Below, one piece after another: positions 52,074-60,327 of a DNA stretch of 64,000 nt. The translations under genes and the position numbers were made by a program. The stretch is from Armatimonadota bacterium (lineage in GTDB: Bacteria > Vulcanimicrobiota > JACPDS01 > JBDRKI01): contig JBDRKI010000048.1 of NCBI GenBank assembly GCA_043814095.1, positions 1 to 64,000 on the forward strand, written 5' to 3'. The first letter of the stretch is position 1. The number at the start of each line of letters is the position of its first letter. Below the pieces are notes generated by a model. That model was not told the origin of the DNA and did no database searches. It saw only the letters and a program-made list of their open reading frames with translations.

Positions 52074-52757
52074 AACACTAACTTAAAATATCTGTTTAGC
52101 TTTCGTCCGTTAATGTCCAAGTTATAACTCTTGAACCGTCTGCAGGCAGACCGGCTGAAACTGTTGCATTTAAACTCACACTATAAGTAAGGTGCGATTC
52201 TGCCACAGTTTCGATACTATAAACCACGCTTTGAGCTGTAGAATCAAGAGTTACCTCGCCATTAGTTGCGGCGCCAGTAGGTGGGTTCAGGTATGTTGTC
52301 AGGTTGGTATTATTTGGCATATTTGCATTAAGTGCTGCAGTTATCTTTTTGCCTGTTTCATTAGTAGTAATATCGTAACCAGGAGAAGGGAAAGCATCAT
52401 CATCACTCGGCTGTGAACCTGCTGTTGCCGAGTTAATTGTTAAGGTTACATCTGCACCAGCAGTAAGTTCATTAATCGCATCAATCTCATAATATACAGT
52501 TTGAGTATCAGAGCTTGCCGCAAATGCAGTTCCTACTAGAAATGCTATGGCTACGAGCGCTATAAGTAGTTTTTTCACCTTGGTTAACCTCCTTTCTTTT
52601 TTGTTTTATTTAATGGCTTTCTTACCATAAAATATCAGTTATAAGAAACCTTGTTTACTCTTCCCACTTATATTATACCCCCCCCCCGTGCATATACGGA
52701 TATAGGTCAAGTGGGGTAATTTTGGGTGAAAATAGGTACCAAAAGGAGTATTTTTGG
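52072..52757. repeat. Direct repeat copy A (secreted-protein gene plus upstream region)
   Basis: Begins TTAACACTAACTTAA and ends GGTACCAAAAGGAGTATTTTTGG; homologous to 54736-55404. Confidence 0.9.
52096..52578 (-). CDS. Secreted Thr/Ala/Asn-rich single-domain protein, possibly a fimbrial/fibre subunit
   Basis: GTG start, AAGGAGG RBS, signal peptide (AFA|A); alternating beta-strand patterns at the mature N- and C-termini. Confidence 0.75.
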   Translation of the reverse strand: MKKLLIALVAIAFLVGTAFAASSDTQTVYYEIDAINELTAGADVTLTINSATAGSQPSDDDAFPSPGYDITTNETGKKITAALNANMPNNTNLTTYLNPPTGAATNGEVTLDSTAQSVVYSIETVAESHLTYSVSLNATVSAGLPADGSRVITWTLTDES

Positions 52758-52862
52758 GTATATAAGCAAGAGAAAATGCAAAATAAGTATAAATATGGGT
52801 AAAAACATATTCCTTAATTACATTTATTTGCAAGTATTCATAAGTGTTGCAGGCTCTATTGT

Positions 52863-52927
52863 TTGACTAATTGCAAATTTGTGCTATAATGGGTAATATA
52901 ATTACCATTAAATGCTCAATTTTGCAA
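52863..52927 (+). promoter_or_regulatory. abiE promoter overlapped by a long inverted repeat (probable AbiEi operator)
   Basis: TTGACT-16bp-(TG)TATAAT; imperfect ~27 bp inverted repeat TTGCAAATTTGTGCTATAATGGGTAAT / ATTACCATTAAATGCTCAATTTTGCAA. Confidence 0.7.
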
Positions 52928-52937
52928 GGAGATATTT

Positions 52938-53729
52938 ATGAATTGCAAGGATTTTTTCAATAAATACCCTGTTTTTACTCTAGATGAATTTCGATTGGTT
53001 TTTAAAAAATACAAGCCAGTATCGGTTTATGATAACCTTAAATATTATCTTAAAAAAGATAAAATTTGCAGCGCAAAACGGGGGTTGTATTATGTTATTC
53101 CGGAAGGAAGCTTTGCTTCTGTATTTCAGCCGAATAAGATACTTTTAGCCTCTCGCCAGAGTAAAGATGCTGTTATAGCTTTTCATTCTGCTTTAGAAGT
53201 TATGGGTTACGGGCACAGCTTTTTTCATAGATTTTTTTATTATTCAAGTTTTAGAAGAAGAAAATTTTCTTTTAGGGAGAATGAGTTTGTGTGCGTAAAA
53301 ATTCCAGAAAACCTGAAAAAGAAAAAAGCGGAAGCCTTTGGCGTTGAGGAAGAATACTATCAAAATCTTCCGATAAAATTCACTAATAGAGAGCGTACTT
53401 TTGTAGACTGTTTGGATAAGCCTCAGTTCGGCGGAGGAATTGAAGAAGTCTATCGCTGTATAGAAAAATATCCTTATCTTAATTTTGAAGAAGTTCTGAA
53501 ATATTTAGACGCGCTGGGCAAGAGCAAGCTTTATGCCAAAGTAGGATTTTTTCTGGAACAGCATAGAGAGCAGTTTTATGTTGAAGAAGACCTGCTGAAA
53601 AAACTAAGAAAAAACAAACCTACCTCCATAGTTTATTTTGATTCTCAACGTAAATCCGGCAAGTTGATTGAAAATTGGAATCTGGTGGTTCCCGAAATAA
53701 TCATTGAAAAAGGCTGGGAGGAATTTTGA
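52938..53729 (+). CDS. abiEi: Type IV toxin-antitoxin antitoxin, AbiEi-like transcriptional regulator
   Basis: wHTH-like N-terminus with RGLY; SAL..G and T..ERT.VDCL..P…GG motifs; overlaps the toxin start. Confidence 0.8.
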   Translation: MNCKDFFNKYPVFTLDEFRLVFKKYKPVSVYDNLKYYLKKDKICSAKRGLYYVIPEGSFASVFQPNKILLASRQSKDAVIAFHSALEVMGYGHSFFHRFFYYSSFRRRKFSFRENEFVCVKIPENLKKKKAEAFGVEEEYYQNLPIKFTNRERTFVDCLDKPQFGGGIEEVYRCIEKYPYLNFEEVLKYLDALGKSKLYAKVGFFLEQHREQFYVEEDLLKKLRKNKPTSIVYFDSQRKSGKLIENWNLVVPEIIIEKGWEEF

Positions 53730-54685
53730 ATATCTCAGAACGCAGAATTAAGGATATAAATAATTTTACGAGCTTTAGCGGAAATTTAATTGAAAAAGTG
53801 CTCCGCCTTGAAGATCTGCTGAAAGATATTTTCAGACATCCCTATCTAAGGAATAAATTTCTGTTAAAAGGGGGAACAGCTTTAAATTTTTGCTATTTTA
53901 ACAAATCAAGATTGTCGGTAGATATTGATTTGAACTATGTTGGAAGCATTGATATGGAAACCATGAAAAAAGAACGATTAAAAGCCGAGGAAGCTATAAT
54001 AAAAATTGTACACGATAAGGGGTATATAATATCAGGAAATCCCGGCGAAGAACATGCGGGCGGGAAATGGAGCATTGTCTATACTGATTTGTCCGGTAAT
54101 AATGAAAATTTAGAATTTGACATTAATTATCTCTACCGCGTGCCGATAGGAAAGCCAAATGCAAAAAATTTTAAGGCCTTTGACGATTCCGGGGAATTTG
54201 AAATATTAACTGTATCCACAGAAGAACTATTTGCGGGAAAAGTTGTTGCTGTTTTGGACAGAAGCACGCCCAGGGATATTTATGATCTTGTTAATATACA
54301 GAATTATTCAAAACCTTACAATTGCGATTTTTTCCGGAAGGCGGTTATTCTACTGGGGGCTTCCCGTAAAAAAGATTTTAGAAAAATGACAGCCGAAAAA
54401 CTGGAAAGCATTTCCGACAGAGATATAGAATCATCCCTTTATCCGCTTTTATCTCGAAAAGAAAGAATCAGCAGAGAAAAACTTCTTGAAAAAGCGATTC
54501 CATTTGTTTCAAATTTATTAAATTTTACCGCAGAGGAAAAAGAATTTCTGGACCGATATCTGGACAATGCCGAGTACAAGCCGGATATTTTATTTCACAA
54601 GTACCCCGATTTAATCCCCAAACTGGAAAAGCACCCTTCGTTATTATGGAAAAAATTGAATGTGGAAAGATATTTGGCGGACTGA
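53726..54685 (+). CDS. abiEii: Type IV toxin-antitoxin toxin, AbiEii/AbiGii nucleotidyltransferase
   Basis: KGGTAL…R.S.DID and K..A..DR…RD.YD motifs; TTG start coupled to the abiEi TGA. Confidence 0.88.
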   Translation: MNISERRIKDINNFTSFSGNLIEKVLRLEDLLKDIFRHPYLRNKFLLKGGTALNFCYFNKSRLSVDIDLNYVGSIDMETMKKERLKAEEAIIKIVHDKGYIISGNPGEEHAGGKWSIVYTDLSGNNENLEFDINYLYRVPIGKPNAKNFKAFDDSGEFEILTVSTEELFAGKVVAVLDRSTPRDIYDLVNIQNYSKPYNCDFFRKAVILLGASRKKDFRKMTAEKLESISDRDIESSLYPLLSRKERISREKLLEKAIPFVSNLLNFTAEEKEFLDRYLDNAEYKPDILFHKYPDLIPKLEKHPSLLWKKLNVERYLAD

Positions 54686-54706
54686 ATATCTCATAAAATA
54701 TATTAT

Positions 54707-54737
54707 AATAAAGCATCCTCGCAAAGGATGCTTTATT
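54707..54737. terminator. Bidirectional terminator between abiEii and the pseudogene
   Basis: Perfect 13 bp stem AATAAAGCATCCT-CGCAA-AGGATGCTTTATT. Confidence 0.75.
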
Positions 54738-55404
54738 AACACTAACTTAAGTTATCTGTTTATTCATCCGTTAATGTAAGCGTTATAATTCTTGATCCGT
54801 CTGCAGGAAGCTGCAACATAAGCTGTAATGGCTATTTGATAGCTTTAATTTTCAGCAAGTGTTTCCATGCTATAAATCATATTTTGTGCTGTTGAAGTTA
54901 AAGACACCCATGCATTGGATTGAGCACCAGAAAAATTTGCTATCCACATTCTTAAAGTAGTATTGGCCGGCATGTTTGCGTTAAGTACAGCGGTTATCTT
55001 TTTTCCTGTTTCATTAGTAGTGACATAACATTGCCCGGGGCCATAAGTATCAGCGGATGGCTCTGATCCGGCTGTTGCAGTGTCAATTGTTAAAGTTGTG
55101 TCGCCACCACTCAGATTAATCTCATTTATCGGATCAATCTCGTAATACACAGTCTGTGTGTCTGTTGTTCCCACAAATACCGCTCATGCCAGAAATACTA
55201 TTGCTACAAGCGCTATAAGTAGTTTTTTCACTTATGCTTATCTCCTTTCTTGTTGTTTTATTTTATGGCTTTCTTATCATAAAATATCAGTTATAAGAAA
55301 CCTTGTTTTCCCTTCCCACCTATATTATACCCCCCCGCGGATACGGATATAGGTCAAATGGGGTATTTTTTGGTGAAAAATGGTACCAAAAGGAGTATTT
55401 TTGG
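54736..55404. repeat. Direct repeat copy B
   Basis: Homologous to 52072-52757; upstream non-coding part is near-identical. Confidence 0.9.
54760..55231 (-). pseudogene. Pseudogene paralogue of the 52096-52578 secreted protein
   Basis: GTG start reading MKKLLIALVAIVFLA then TGA at codon 16 (GGA in copy A), a second stop at 54845-54847, and a frameshift before LPADGSRIITLTLTDE*. Confidence 0.85.
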
Positions 55405-55410
55405 AGGTTT

Positions 55411-57456
55411 TTAAAACCTCTGCCAGCCTTCTTCGGGAAGGATGGGTTTTGTCTGGTTGGTGCCTATAGTTATGTCTTCCGATGGGAATGCTTTTATAAC
55501 GGCGTCAAACCACCACTGGTTGGAAAAACCCCTGTAAACAAGGCGGGCTTCCCAGCAGTGAAAATCTTTTATAATAGAATAATCCTGTGTTATAAGGCTT
55601 CTTGTCCTTATATCATATTCAGACCAGTACCTGAAATTAACCGTTTTGCCGAGAATTATATCCAGCTGGGTATCCAAACTCTTCCAGTGGCGGGTCTGTG
55701 TATCATAATTAGCGCCGAAATTCAAATAACCGAAATTGCCCGGCGTTAAACTTAACCTGCATATCATATCCTGCCATTTTTTAGTATTTAAATTATATGA
55801 AGAACCCGCGCTTAAATTATAATTTTTATTATCAAAGACATTAATACTTCCCAGAAGCATTTTGTAATAACTTACCCTGTCCAGTTCTATGGGAGCCGAA
55901 CCTAACGGGGACTGGTAGAAAAAATCAAGCCTGGCGGTTGAATATTTCGTGAACTGGCTGAAAACCCCTGTGCGGTTGCCTATTAACCTGTAATCAGCGC
56001 CATTATCATACCAGTATTTATTTGCGAATGTATGCGAATCCAGGTAGCTTTTGTCGGTAAGCTTCCATATTTTATACGGCAGGGCAAGCTCAACAAAACT
56101 TCTGGCTATCCTGTTAACAGCGGGTTTCTCCCTGAAAAGGCCGTAGCTTGCGGTTGCCTGGAAATCAAAAGGACCGAACGGCATCCTGTGTGATATAAGG
56201 GAGACTTCCGGTTCCCTGTCCAGACCATTCTGAAGGGAACCCCCTGTTCTCTCATATGAAACCTGCGTATCAAAAACTTTGCCCGTATTATAAAATCTTA
56301 ACACGGGATGGACATTATATGTTTCACCCGCGTTTGACCTGTTTTTTGAATAATCAAAATGGAAAAAACTTTTTAATGTAGGGCTTAAATTATATGTCTG
56401 GTAAAGATTGTATCCCTGGTTAAGGTTAAACCCTATATTATAAAGGGAAGAGGAAGCTACAAAACTTGATCTTGCGCCCGATCTGGACAACGAAAAAGAA
56501 GAGCTTTTGGCGGGGTAATTCTCCCCGCTTGGTACCTGATAATAATTAGAGCTGAAAAGATAGTTAAGCTTCATATCCATGGGCAGCATATAATTTAACC
56601 TGGCGCTGTATTCATGGCGGGAATACTGTGAGAGAGTGGAATTCAGCTTGTAAAAATGGAGCGCCGCATCTCCCTTATCCTTAAAATCAAAATACTGGTC
56701 TAAGCCGTATCCCATACCCGTATTCTGGTGATAATCAAGAATAATAGTTCCGTAGTCTCTCTCCCCTGTCGTGTAATTTAAGGTTTCTTTTACTGTCAGC
56801 CCGTCAATATTATTAGAACTTATCTTTGGAATAACGCTCTGGAAGCTCTGTGCCCCGCCCCTGGGGCGCAGTGAGTACACCACCGAAGGAACCGTAAAAA
56901 GGGGTTTATTGTTAAAGTAAAAGGAGGCATCTTTTATAATCAGCTTATTATTAGGATAAACGATTATTCTTTTGGCTTTAATAAAATAATGGGGAGCCGG
57001 CAGATCACACGTGGTTGTTTTGACATTGTAAAAATTGAGCTCTTCCGGCTGGCCGAAAAGTTTTCTCCCCGAGAAAAACAATTTACCGGTCATCTGCCCT
57101 TCTTCAAAGCTTAACTGCTGGGTAAAGCCGGATATGTCATAAAGCACCGCTTCATGCAGGCTCGCATTATATAAAAGTCTTTTTCCTTTAAACCTGTCGG
57201 TCTTGTATTCAATATCAACCTGGCCGGTAGCGGTAAGAATATTGGAGTTTCTGTCAAATTTCATCCCGGACGCTTTAATAACTATATCTTTTTGCTTAAA
57301 TACAACATTGCCCGACGCGGTAATAGAGGTCCCGTCAGCTTGAATTGAATCAGCGCTGAAATCATAATAATCCGCAATGCCCGCTGTTTTCTGCTCTGAA
57401 AAAACAGCGGATACCGCCAGTATAAAAATTATTGCAAAAATTAAGCTTTTTTTCAT
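55411..57456 (-). CDS. lptD: LPS-assembly protein LptD-like outer-membrane protein
   Basis: Signal peptide; OstA-like N-terminus (ASGNV, ATGQV); TTCD..PHY.IKA; aromatic-rich beta-barrel region; D.HCWE motif. Confidence 0.75.
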   Translation of the reverse strand: MKKSLIFAIIFILAVSAVFSEQKTAGIADYYDFSADSIQADGTSITASGNVVFKQKDIVIKASGMKFDRNSNILTATGQVDIEYKTDRFKGKRLLYNASLHEAVLYDISGFTQQLSFEEGQMTGKLFFSGRKLFGQPEELNFYNVKTTTCDLPAPHYFIKAKRIIVYPNNKLIIKDASFYFNNKPLFTVPSVVYSLRPRGGAQSFQSVIPKISSNNIDGLTVKETLNYTTGERDYGTIILDYHQNTGMGYGLDQYFDFKDKGDAALHFYKLNSTLSQYSRHEYSARLNYMLPMDMKLNYLFSSNYYQVPSGENYPAKSSSFSLSRSGARSSFVASSSLYNIGFNLNQGYNLYQTYNLSPTLKSFFHFDYSKNRSNAGETYNVHPVLRFYNTGKVFDTQVSYERTGGSLQNGLDREPEVSLISHRMPFGPFDFQATASYGLFREKPAVNRIARSFVELALPYKIWKLTDKSYLDSHTFANKYWYDNGADYRLIGNRTGVFSQFTKYSTARLDFFYQSPLGSAPIELDRVSYYKMLLGSINVFDNKNYNLSAGSSYNLNTKKWQDMICRLSLTPGNFGYLNFGANYDTQTRHWKSLDTQLDIILGKTVNFRYWSEYDIRTRSLITQDYSIIKDFHCWEARLVYRGFSNQWWFDAVIKAFPSEDITIGTNQTKPILPEEGWQRF

Positions 57457-57546
57457 AAATTACCAGCAGGATAAATAATTAAGTAAATATAAGTTAATAT
57501 AACCGTATTTTTTCGGTTAAGTCAAATAAATCCCTTTGAGGAACAG

Positions 57547-58149
57547 ATGCAAAAAATAGGAATTTTCGGGGGCACATTTAACCCCCCGCATAAAGGCCAT
57601 ATAAAAGCCGCTGAACAAATACTTGAAATTCTGGGCTTAGATAAGGTAATTTTTGTGCCGAACAGGCTCCCTCCCCACAGACTCGTAGAGCTTAATATTG
57701 AAAGTTCCGACAGATTTAAGATGGTAGAGCTGGCGGTAAAAGGTAATCCTAAACTTGAGGTTTCGGACATAGAACTTAAAAGAGAAGGCAGGTCATATAC
57801 TTATGATACTATAGCCGGCTTGAAAAATTCTTATCCCGGTGATAAACTTTATTTTATAGCGGGTATTGAAGCATTAACCGAGTATAAGTGGTATAAATTA
57901 GACGATATTCTCGCCATGCTTGAAGGCTTTATGGCAATTACAAGGCCGGGATCTTCAAAAGAAGAATTTTATTCTAATTTAAAGAATTTAAATTTAGCAA
58001 ACTTTGAAAAGATAAAACCGGTTGACATTGAAGCGCTGGATATATCATCAACAAAAGTACGCAAGATGATTAAAAACGGAAAATCCTTAACTTCAATGCT
58101 CCCGGAAAAGGTAATTAAATACATTAATGAAAAAGGATTATATAAATAA
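57547..58149 (+). CDS. nadD: Nicotinate-nucleotide adenylyltransferase
   Basis: GGTFNPPHKGH, SYT.DT and ISST motifs. Confidence 0.95.
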   Translation: MQKIGIFGGTFNPPHKGHIKAAEQILEILGLDKVIFVPNRLPPHRLVELNIESSDRFKMVELAVKGNPKLEVSDIELKREGRSYTYDTIAGLKNSYPGDKLYFIAGIEALTEYKWYKLDDILAMLEGFMAITRPGSSKEEFYSNLKNLNLANFEKIKPVDIEALDISSTKVRKMIKNGKSLTSMLPEKVIKYINEKGLYK

Positions 58150-58480
58150 TTTGGAGGCCGCAATTAATACTAAAAACGAATTAAAATCAATAACAAAAAT
58201 ACTGAAAGATAAAAAAGCAAAAGACATTACCGTTGTTGACCTGACTTCTAAAAGCATCCTGTGCGATTATTTTGTAATTGTAACAGCCACATCAAAAACC
58301 CATTCTAAATCTCTTGTGGAAAATATTTCAATAGAGCTTAAGAAAGAAAAAATATACCCGCAGTCAATACAGGGTCTGCGGGAAGCGGGCTGGATAATAA
58401 TGGATTACGGTTCAATTGTGGTTCATGTTTTCACAGACGGTAAAAGGGAGTTTTATAATCTGGAAGAGCTGTGGAAATAA
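58127..58480 (+). CDS. rsfS: Ribosome silencing factor (start uncertain: ATG 58127, TTG 58151 or ATT 58163)
   Basis: DKKAKDI, DYFVI.T, W..MDYG.IVVHVF and REFYNLEELW motifs. Confidence 0.93.
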   Translation: MKKDYINNLEAAINTKNELKSITKILKDKKAKDITVVDLTSKSILCDYFVIVTATSKTHSKSLVENISIELKKEKIYPQSIQGLREAGWIIMDYGSIVVHVFTDGKREFYNLEELWK

Positions 58481-58484
58481 TTAA

Positions 58485-59525
58485 CTAATCATATCCCATA
58501 TTCCGCGCGATTTTCCGCCATAAATTCATATCCACAATTCCGGCACAGGATGCCGCATGGCCCGATACTATTTTATCCCGTATATCTTTAGGCTTTACGC
58601 TATCTATAAATTTTATCGCATTTATTTTTGTATTTGTCTTTACTGTAAATTCCGCCATACCTTCTATATATCCGAAATTAACGGCAATAACGACATAAGA
58701 CTGCAGTTTATGCGCCCACATTGAAGCTATAAGACCGCCTATATCAGAACGCGACTCAAAAGGTATAAGCGCAACCCTCCATTTAAAAACAGGCGCCGTA
58801 TGGCGGATACGCTTGCATTCGTTATTTACTTCTTCCCTGTATTGCTGCAGAAGATATGCTTCAGGGAGCTTTCCCCGTATAATATCATCCGCAGACCCTG
58901 CTTCTGTCAGTAATTTCAACGCCGCCGCTATATCATAAGAAGATGAACGCCTGGCGGAATTAACAAGTATTCCTATTTCCTGCATGCTTTTTAAGGAGTT
59001 TTCATCTATGATATGTGAAATTATACTGAAAGGGTTATCCCTGCCAAGATCGCTTATTGTGCCCGCAGCCGCCAGATATCCCAAATCTTTCACATCAGAT
59101 ATGCTTGAACACAGGTCATACACAAGAAGAGACGTAGGCCTTATATTCTTATCAAAATAGGAGCTGATATTTTTTTTATTATCCCTTGCGGCATCCGCAT
59201 AATGATGGTCTATAAATAGAACAGGTATATTATCTTTTGCCAGATTTTCATTAAAACCCAGATCAAGGACGAACAATGCGCCCGGGTTTAATGATTTTAT
59301 TTTATCCTTTAATGAAGTGCCGGATATTGTATCACTGTAATATGCTATATCCTCACCTTTACCGGGATAAATGATTTCAGAAGAAATTCCTGTTTTCTTT
59401 AATGCCTTCTGAAGAATAACCCCTGCGCATAAACCGTCACAGCTTGCGTGAGCCAGGATAACGACCCTTGGGCTGTCTTTTATTTTTTCTATGAATTCTT
59501 TAAAAACTTCAATTTTATAAGGCAT
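58485..59525 (-). CDS. Divergent DHH-family phosphoesterase
   Basis: H..CDG, LDLG, IDHH, G..SD and a C-terminal SGH motif. Confidence 0.7.
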   Translation of the reverse strand: MPYKIEVFKEFIEKIKDSPRVVILAHASCDGLCAGVILQKALKKTGISSEIIYPGKGEDIAYYSDTISGTSLKDKIKSLNPGALFVLDLGFNENLAKDNIPVLFIDHHYADAARDNKKNISSYFDKNIRPTSLLVYDLCSSISDVKDLGYLAAAGTISDLGRDNPFSIISHIIDENSLKSMQEIGILVNSARRSSSYDIAAALKLLTEAGSADDIIRGKLPEAYLLQQYREEVNNECKRIRHTAPVFKWRVALIPFESRSDIGGLIASMWAHKLQSYVVIAVNFGYIEGMAEFTVKTNTKINAIKFIDSVKPKDIRDKIVSGHAASCAGIVDMNLWRKIARNMGYD

Positions 59526-60324
59526 ATTCCATCTCGTAATGTTCTAAAAATTCAATAAAACCAAGTTCTTTAAAATACTTCACCCTTATATCTTCTTCGG
59601 GGAGGTCAAGGATAAATAAATAAGAACTTTTTTCGAATACGGCATTAATAAGCGCTTTAAACGGTTCAAATTCTTCAGCGGCTATATCCACGATCTTAGT
59701 GTCTTTGCACAAAGCATAACCTAAAACTTCTTCTCCCTTATGAACAGTCAAACCAAAATCAGACTTTGTCTCCTCAACCGTTTCGTAAGCGCATAGCCAG
59801 CTTGGGTTTTCATTTTTATGAAATTCATTAAAACATTTAAGAATCTCTCCGGGTTCTTTCTTAACTGTTGTAAAAGAAGGATCAACTCCCTCCGGCATTA
59901 TATTAAAATACTGGAACCTTTTTAATTTTCTGGTTGTCTTAAACCCCGTACTTTTATATAATCCGCAGGCCGCGGTATTATCACAGGCAACTTCCAGCAC
60001 CATCTTCTTAAAGCCGGCTTCTTTTGCGAGCGCGATTGTTTTTTTAAGCAGTTCTTTCCCGTAACCGTGTCCCTGGTATTTTGTTATCACGCCCATGGGG
60101 CCCAGATGAACCGTTTGACCGCGCGCGCCGCATACGGCAAGCCCCGCGGGCCCGTTATCCATGTACATTATAATGCTTAAGGGGTAATTTATGCTTATGC
60201 TTTCAAAATGCTCTTTTAATTCTTCAACTGTCGGATTGACATTATAAAAATATGTAGAAAAGGAATCAGCCATTACTTCTCTTATTAACGGGAGGTCTTC
60301 TTCTTTACATCGTTTAAATATCAT
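59515..60324 (-). CDS. GNAT-family N-acetyltransferase (tandem domains)
   Basis: V…YQGHGYG and LEV..DN..A..LY…GF motifs. Confidence 0.85.
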   Translation of the reverse strand: MIFKRCKEEDLPLIREVMADSFSTYFYNVNPTVEELKEHFESISINYPLSIIMYMDNGPAGLAVCGARGQTVHLGPMGVITKYQGHGYGKELLKKTIALAKEAGFKKMVLEVACDNTAACGLYKSTGFKTTRKLKRFQYFNIMPEGVDPSFTTVKKEPGEILKCFNEFHKNENPSWLCAYETVEETKSDFGLTVHKGEEVLGYALCKDTKIVDIAAEEFEPFKALINAVFEKSSYLFILDLPEEDIRVKYFKELGFIEFLEHYEMEYAL

Positions 60325-60327
60325 GCT

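Noticed and set aside
55184-55186. In-frame TGA where the paralogue has GGA (Gly), hinting at TGA recoding or selenocysteine
   Set aside because: TGA is a normal stop elsewhere in the window (rbfA, hpt, abiEi), and the same copy also has a TAA and a frameshift. Simple pseudogenisation explains it.
52096-55231. Diversity-generating retroelement (TR/VR pair)
   Set aside because: Differences are not adenine-specific, indels are present, and there is no reverse transcriptase in the window.
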